A stretch of DNA of 37,520 nt from contig JBFWJG010000022.1 of the NCBI GenBank assembly GCA_050253335.1, positions 1-37,520 of the forward strand. The letters are read 5' to 3'. The notes beneath the pieces were generated by a model. It was given only the letters and a program-made list of their open reading frames with translations, ran no database searches and was not told the origin of the DNA. The position numbers and the translations under genes are program-made. This document shows positions 36,071 through 37,520 of the stretch, piece by piece; positions within the stretch are counted from its first letter, which is position 1; every line of letters begins with the position of its first letter. This DNA comes from Deferribacterales bacterium (GTDB lineage: Bacteria; Chrysiogenota; Deferribacteres; Deferribacterales; Geovibrionaceae).

Positions 36071-37051
36071 ATGCGGTATTTCAGAATTTTATTTCTTTCT
36101 CTTCTTGCGGCGGCGGTTTTCGGCTGCGGCGGAAGCAGCTCTTCGGAAAACGGCGGGGATGAAAACAGTGTGGGCTTCACTACTGCCGATCTGACAGGCG
36201 TGTGGAATGTGAGCGGTTTCGGAAACGATCCGGACATATTTATCGACAGAGGAGAAACGGTTTACAGCGCAAACGGTGATGTCAGCACTACTCTCAGCAC
36301 AAGACAGGCGGGCGCAAACTACACCGCGGAAGTGATCAATGACGGCTCCAGAGTCGATATGATTATTTCACCCGAAATGACAATCCCGGGAATCGGCGGC
36401 GCATCGGATGACAATCAGTATTTCGGTTTCCTTGACTACGGCAAAACCATAATCCCCTACCAGAACGAATACGAATACGGCAAATATTTTCTTGGGCTCG
36501 AACTGAAAAGAGCTTCATCTTACTCTACGGCTGATCTTGAGGGCGAGTGGGAGTTTGTGGCTATTTCCTATTCCGGCGCTCAGTGGTTTGCAACAGGCGC
36601 AATCACAACTGCCGCTGACGGGACATTCACAGGTTCCTTAACAGACAACGCTGAACTGCTGTCCTCTTTTAACGGAACTTTCACCATCGACAACACAGGG
36701 CTTGTCTCGCTTACGCAGACTTTCGGCACGATAGGCTGGATGGATTCGGGCAAAACCGTATTCACACTCAGCTATTCTGACGCTGGCAATCCTCAGCTTC
36801 AGAGATACTATGTTTTCGCAAAGAAACCGTCGTCTGTTTCCCCTGCGGATTTCCAGACTTCATGGTCTGCCGTCTCAATGAATTTCATAACGAAGTACAG
36901 AGGCTGGTCATGGGTTTCCTACGGGATAGAACCTGATGAAGACTGTATTGTGGATGCGGGTAAAACTTTTCAGGCCTGTGTGAGTGACAACGGCGGGCAG
37001 ATTCTTGAATTCAGGGTCAGAAACGTAGTGAACAGGAACATGATCCAATAA
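36071..37051 (+). CDS. Lipoprotein of unknown function with internal repeats
   Basis: Signal II ending VFGC followed by a GGSSSS linker; three related segments TTADLTGVW / STADLEGEW / SPADFQTSW; GAGGTG RBS. Confidence 0.82.
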   Translation: MRYFRILFLSLLAAAVFGCGGSSSSENGGDENSVGFTTADLTGVWNVSGFGNDPDIFIDRGETVYSANGDVSTTLSTRQAGANYTAEVINDGSRVDMIISPEMTIPGIGGASDDNQYFGFLDYGKTIIPYQNEYEYGKYFLGLELKRASSYSTADLEGEWEFVAISYSGAQWFATGAITTAADGTFTGSLTDNAELLSSFNGTFTIDNTGLVSLTQTFGTIGWMDSGKTVFTLSYSDAGNPQLQRYYVFAKKPSSVSPADFQTSWSAVSMNFITKYRGWSWVSYGIEPDEDCIVDAGKTFQACVSDNGGQILEFRVRNVVNRNMIQ

Positions 37052-37064
37052 GACGAATATGATT

Positions 37065-37177
37065 GAGATTCTTCACTGCGTTCAGAATGACGCTGAGAGC
37101 GCGCCGTGCGCAGCGAAGCCGCATTCATTGCGGCGCGAGCGTGTATGTCAAATTTCCATGGATGGAAAATTTGACAT
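37065..37177 (+). repeat. Structured intergenic repeat, copy 2, plus an adjacent GAGATTCTTC...CAGAATGAC palindrome
   Basis: Core 37102-37144 matches 31499-31541; hairpin ATGTCAAATTTCCAT/ATGGAAAATTTGACAT at 37145-37177. Confidence 0.75.
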
Positions 37178-37180
37178 TAT

Positions 37181-37218
37181 AAAATAAAAAAGGCGGCACA
37201 TATCAAATGCGCCGCCTT
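37181..37218 (-). terminator. Intrinsic terminator of rpsU
   Basis: AAGGCGGCACAT...ATGCGCCGCCTT stem with an A-run on the + strand 5' side (U-tract on minus). Confidence 0.7.
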
Positions 37219-37248
37219 AAGTATAAAGACCGTTATACAACGGAAACT

Positions 37249-37467
37249 TTAATAGTACTTGTACTTTTCTTGAAGCTTTCTCTGAAGCTTCTGCTGCTTC
37301 CTTCTGGCTTTGAGAAGTTTCTTCCTGCGGACTTCCGTAGGTTTCTCATAGTAAGTGTGTTTTTTGATCTCTCTGATAAGACCTTCACGCTCTACTTTCT
37401 TCTTCAGAAGTTTGAGTGCGTAATCAACGTTATCGCCCTCAACCCTAACTGCTGCGTTAGTAGCCAA
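37249..37467 (-). CDS. rpsU: 30S ribosomal protein S21
   Basis: VRVEGDNVDYALKLLKKKVEREG...YYEKPTEVRRKK; likely TTG start at 37467 given SD spacing (GTG at 37476 is the alternative). Confidence 0.92.
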   Translation of the reverse strand: MATNAAVRVEGDNVDYALKLLKKKVEREGLIREIKKHTYYEKPTEVRRKKLLKARRKQQKLQRKLQEKYKYY

Positions 37468-37520
37468 AGTAATCACATCCTTTTTATTTGATAATTACGG
37501 TTTCAAGCACCTGATCAATA

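Noticed and set aside
31476..37180. Repeated 43-nt sequence as a CRISPR repeat
   Set aside because: Only two copies, 5.6 kb apart, with no repeat-spacer periodicity and no cas genes.
37207..37491. 94-aa plus-strand ORF
   Set aside because: Antisense to rpsU, and it starts within the terminator hairpin.

Overview
A gene-dense chromosomal window made mostly of housekeeping genes. Gene content and style suggest a Deferribacterota-like anaerobe, but that is an inference. In order, it holds: a signalling cluster (partial upstream ORF, CheY-like receiver, HDOD protein, PP2C/SpoIIE phosphatase) running into ubiE/menG, a UbiD-family gene, nth and cobO; an EAL-CBS-GGDEF protein; aldehyde dehydrogenase, a large secreted protein and kdsA; a divergent type IV pilin plus an MSHA/T2SS-like operon (alignment proteins, secretin, TPR protein) converging on a GT2 + ArnT-like pair; a FadR/GntR regulator; an orphan histidine kinase; dnaX; ClC-CBS; a long-form rsgA; uvrD/pcrA; gatCAB; mce; a split LysO pair; a repeat lipoprotein; and rpsU. 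I saw no CRISPR array, tRNA/rRNA, transposase or integrase. The most interesting signals are non-coding or recoding: (1) a 12-codon leader peptide with mutually exclusive SD/anti-SD pairings in front of rsgA; (2) an A10 run in dnaX with immediate stops in both shifted frames; (3) four hexamers at exact 11-bp spacing (Pho-box-like) ahead of the EAL-CBS-GGDEF gene; (4) intergenic hairpin repeats, one pair showing compensatory base changes; (5) a UbiD homologue with Asn at the catalytic-acid position.
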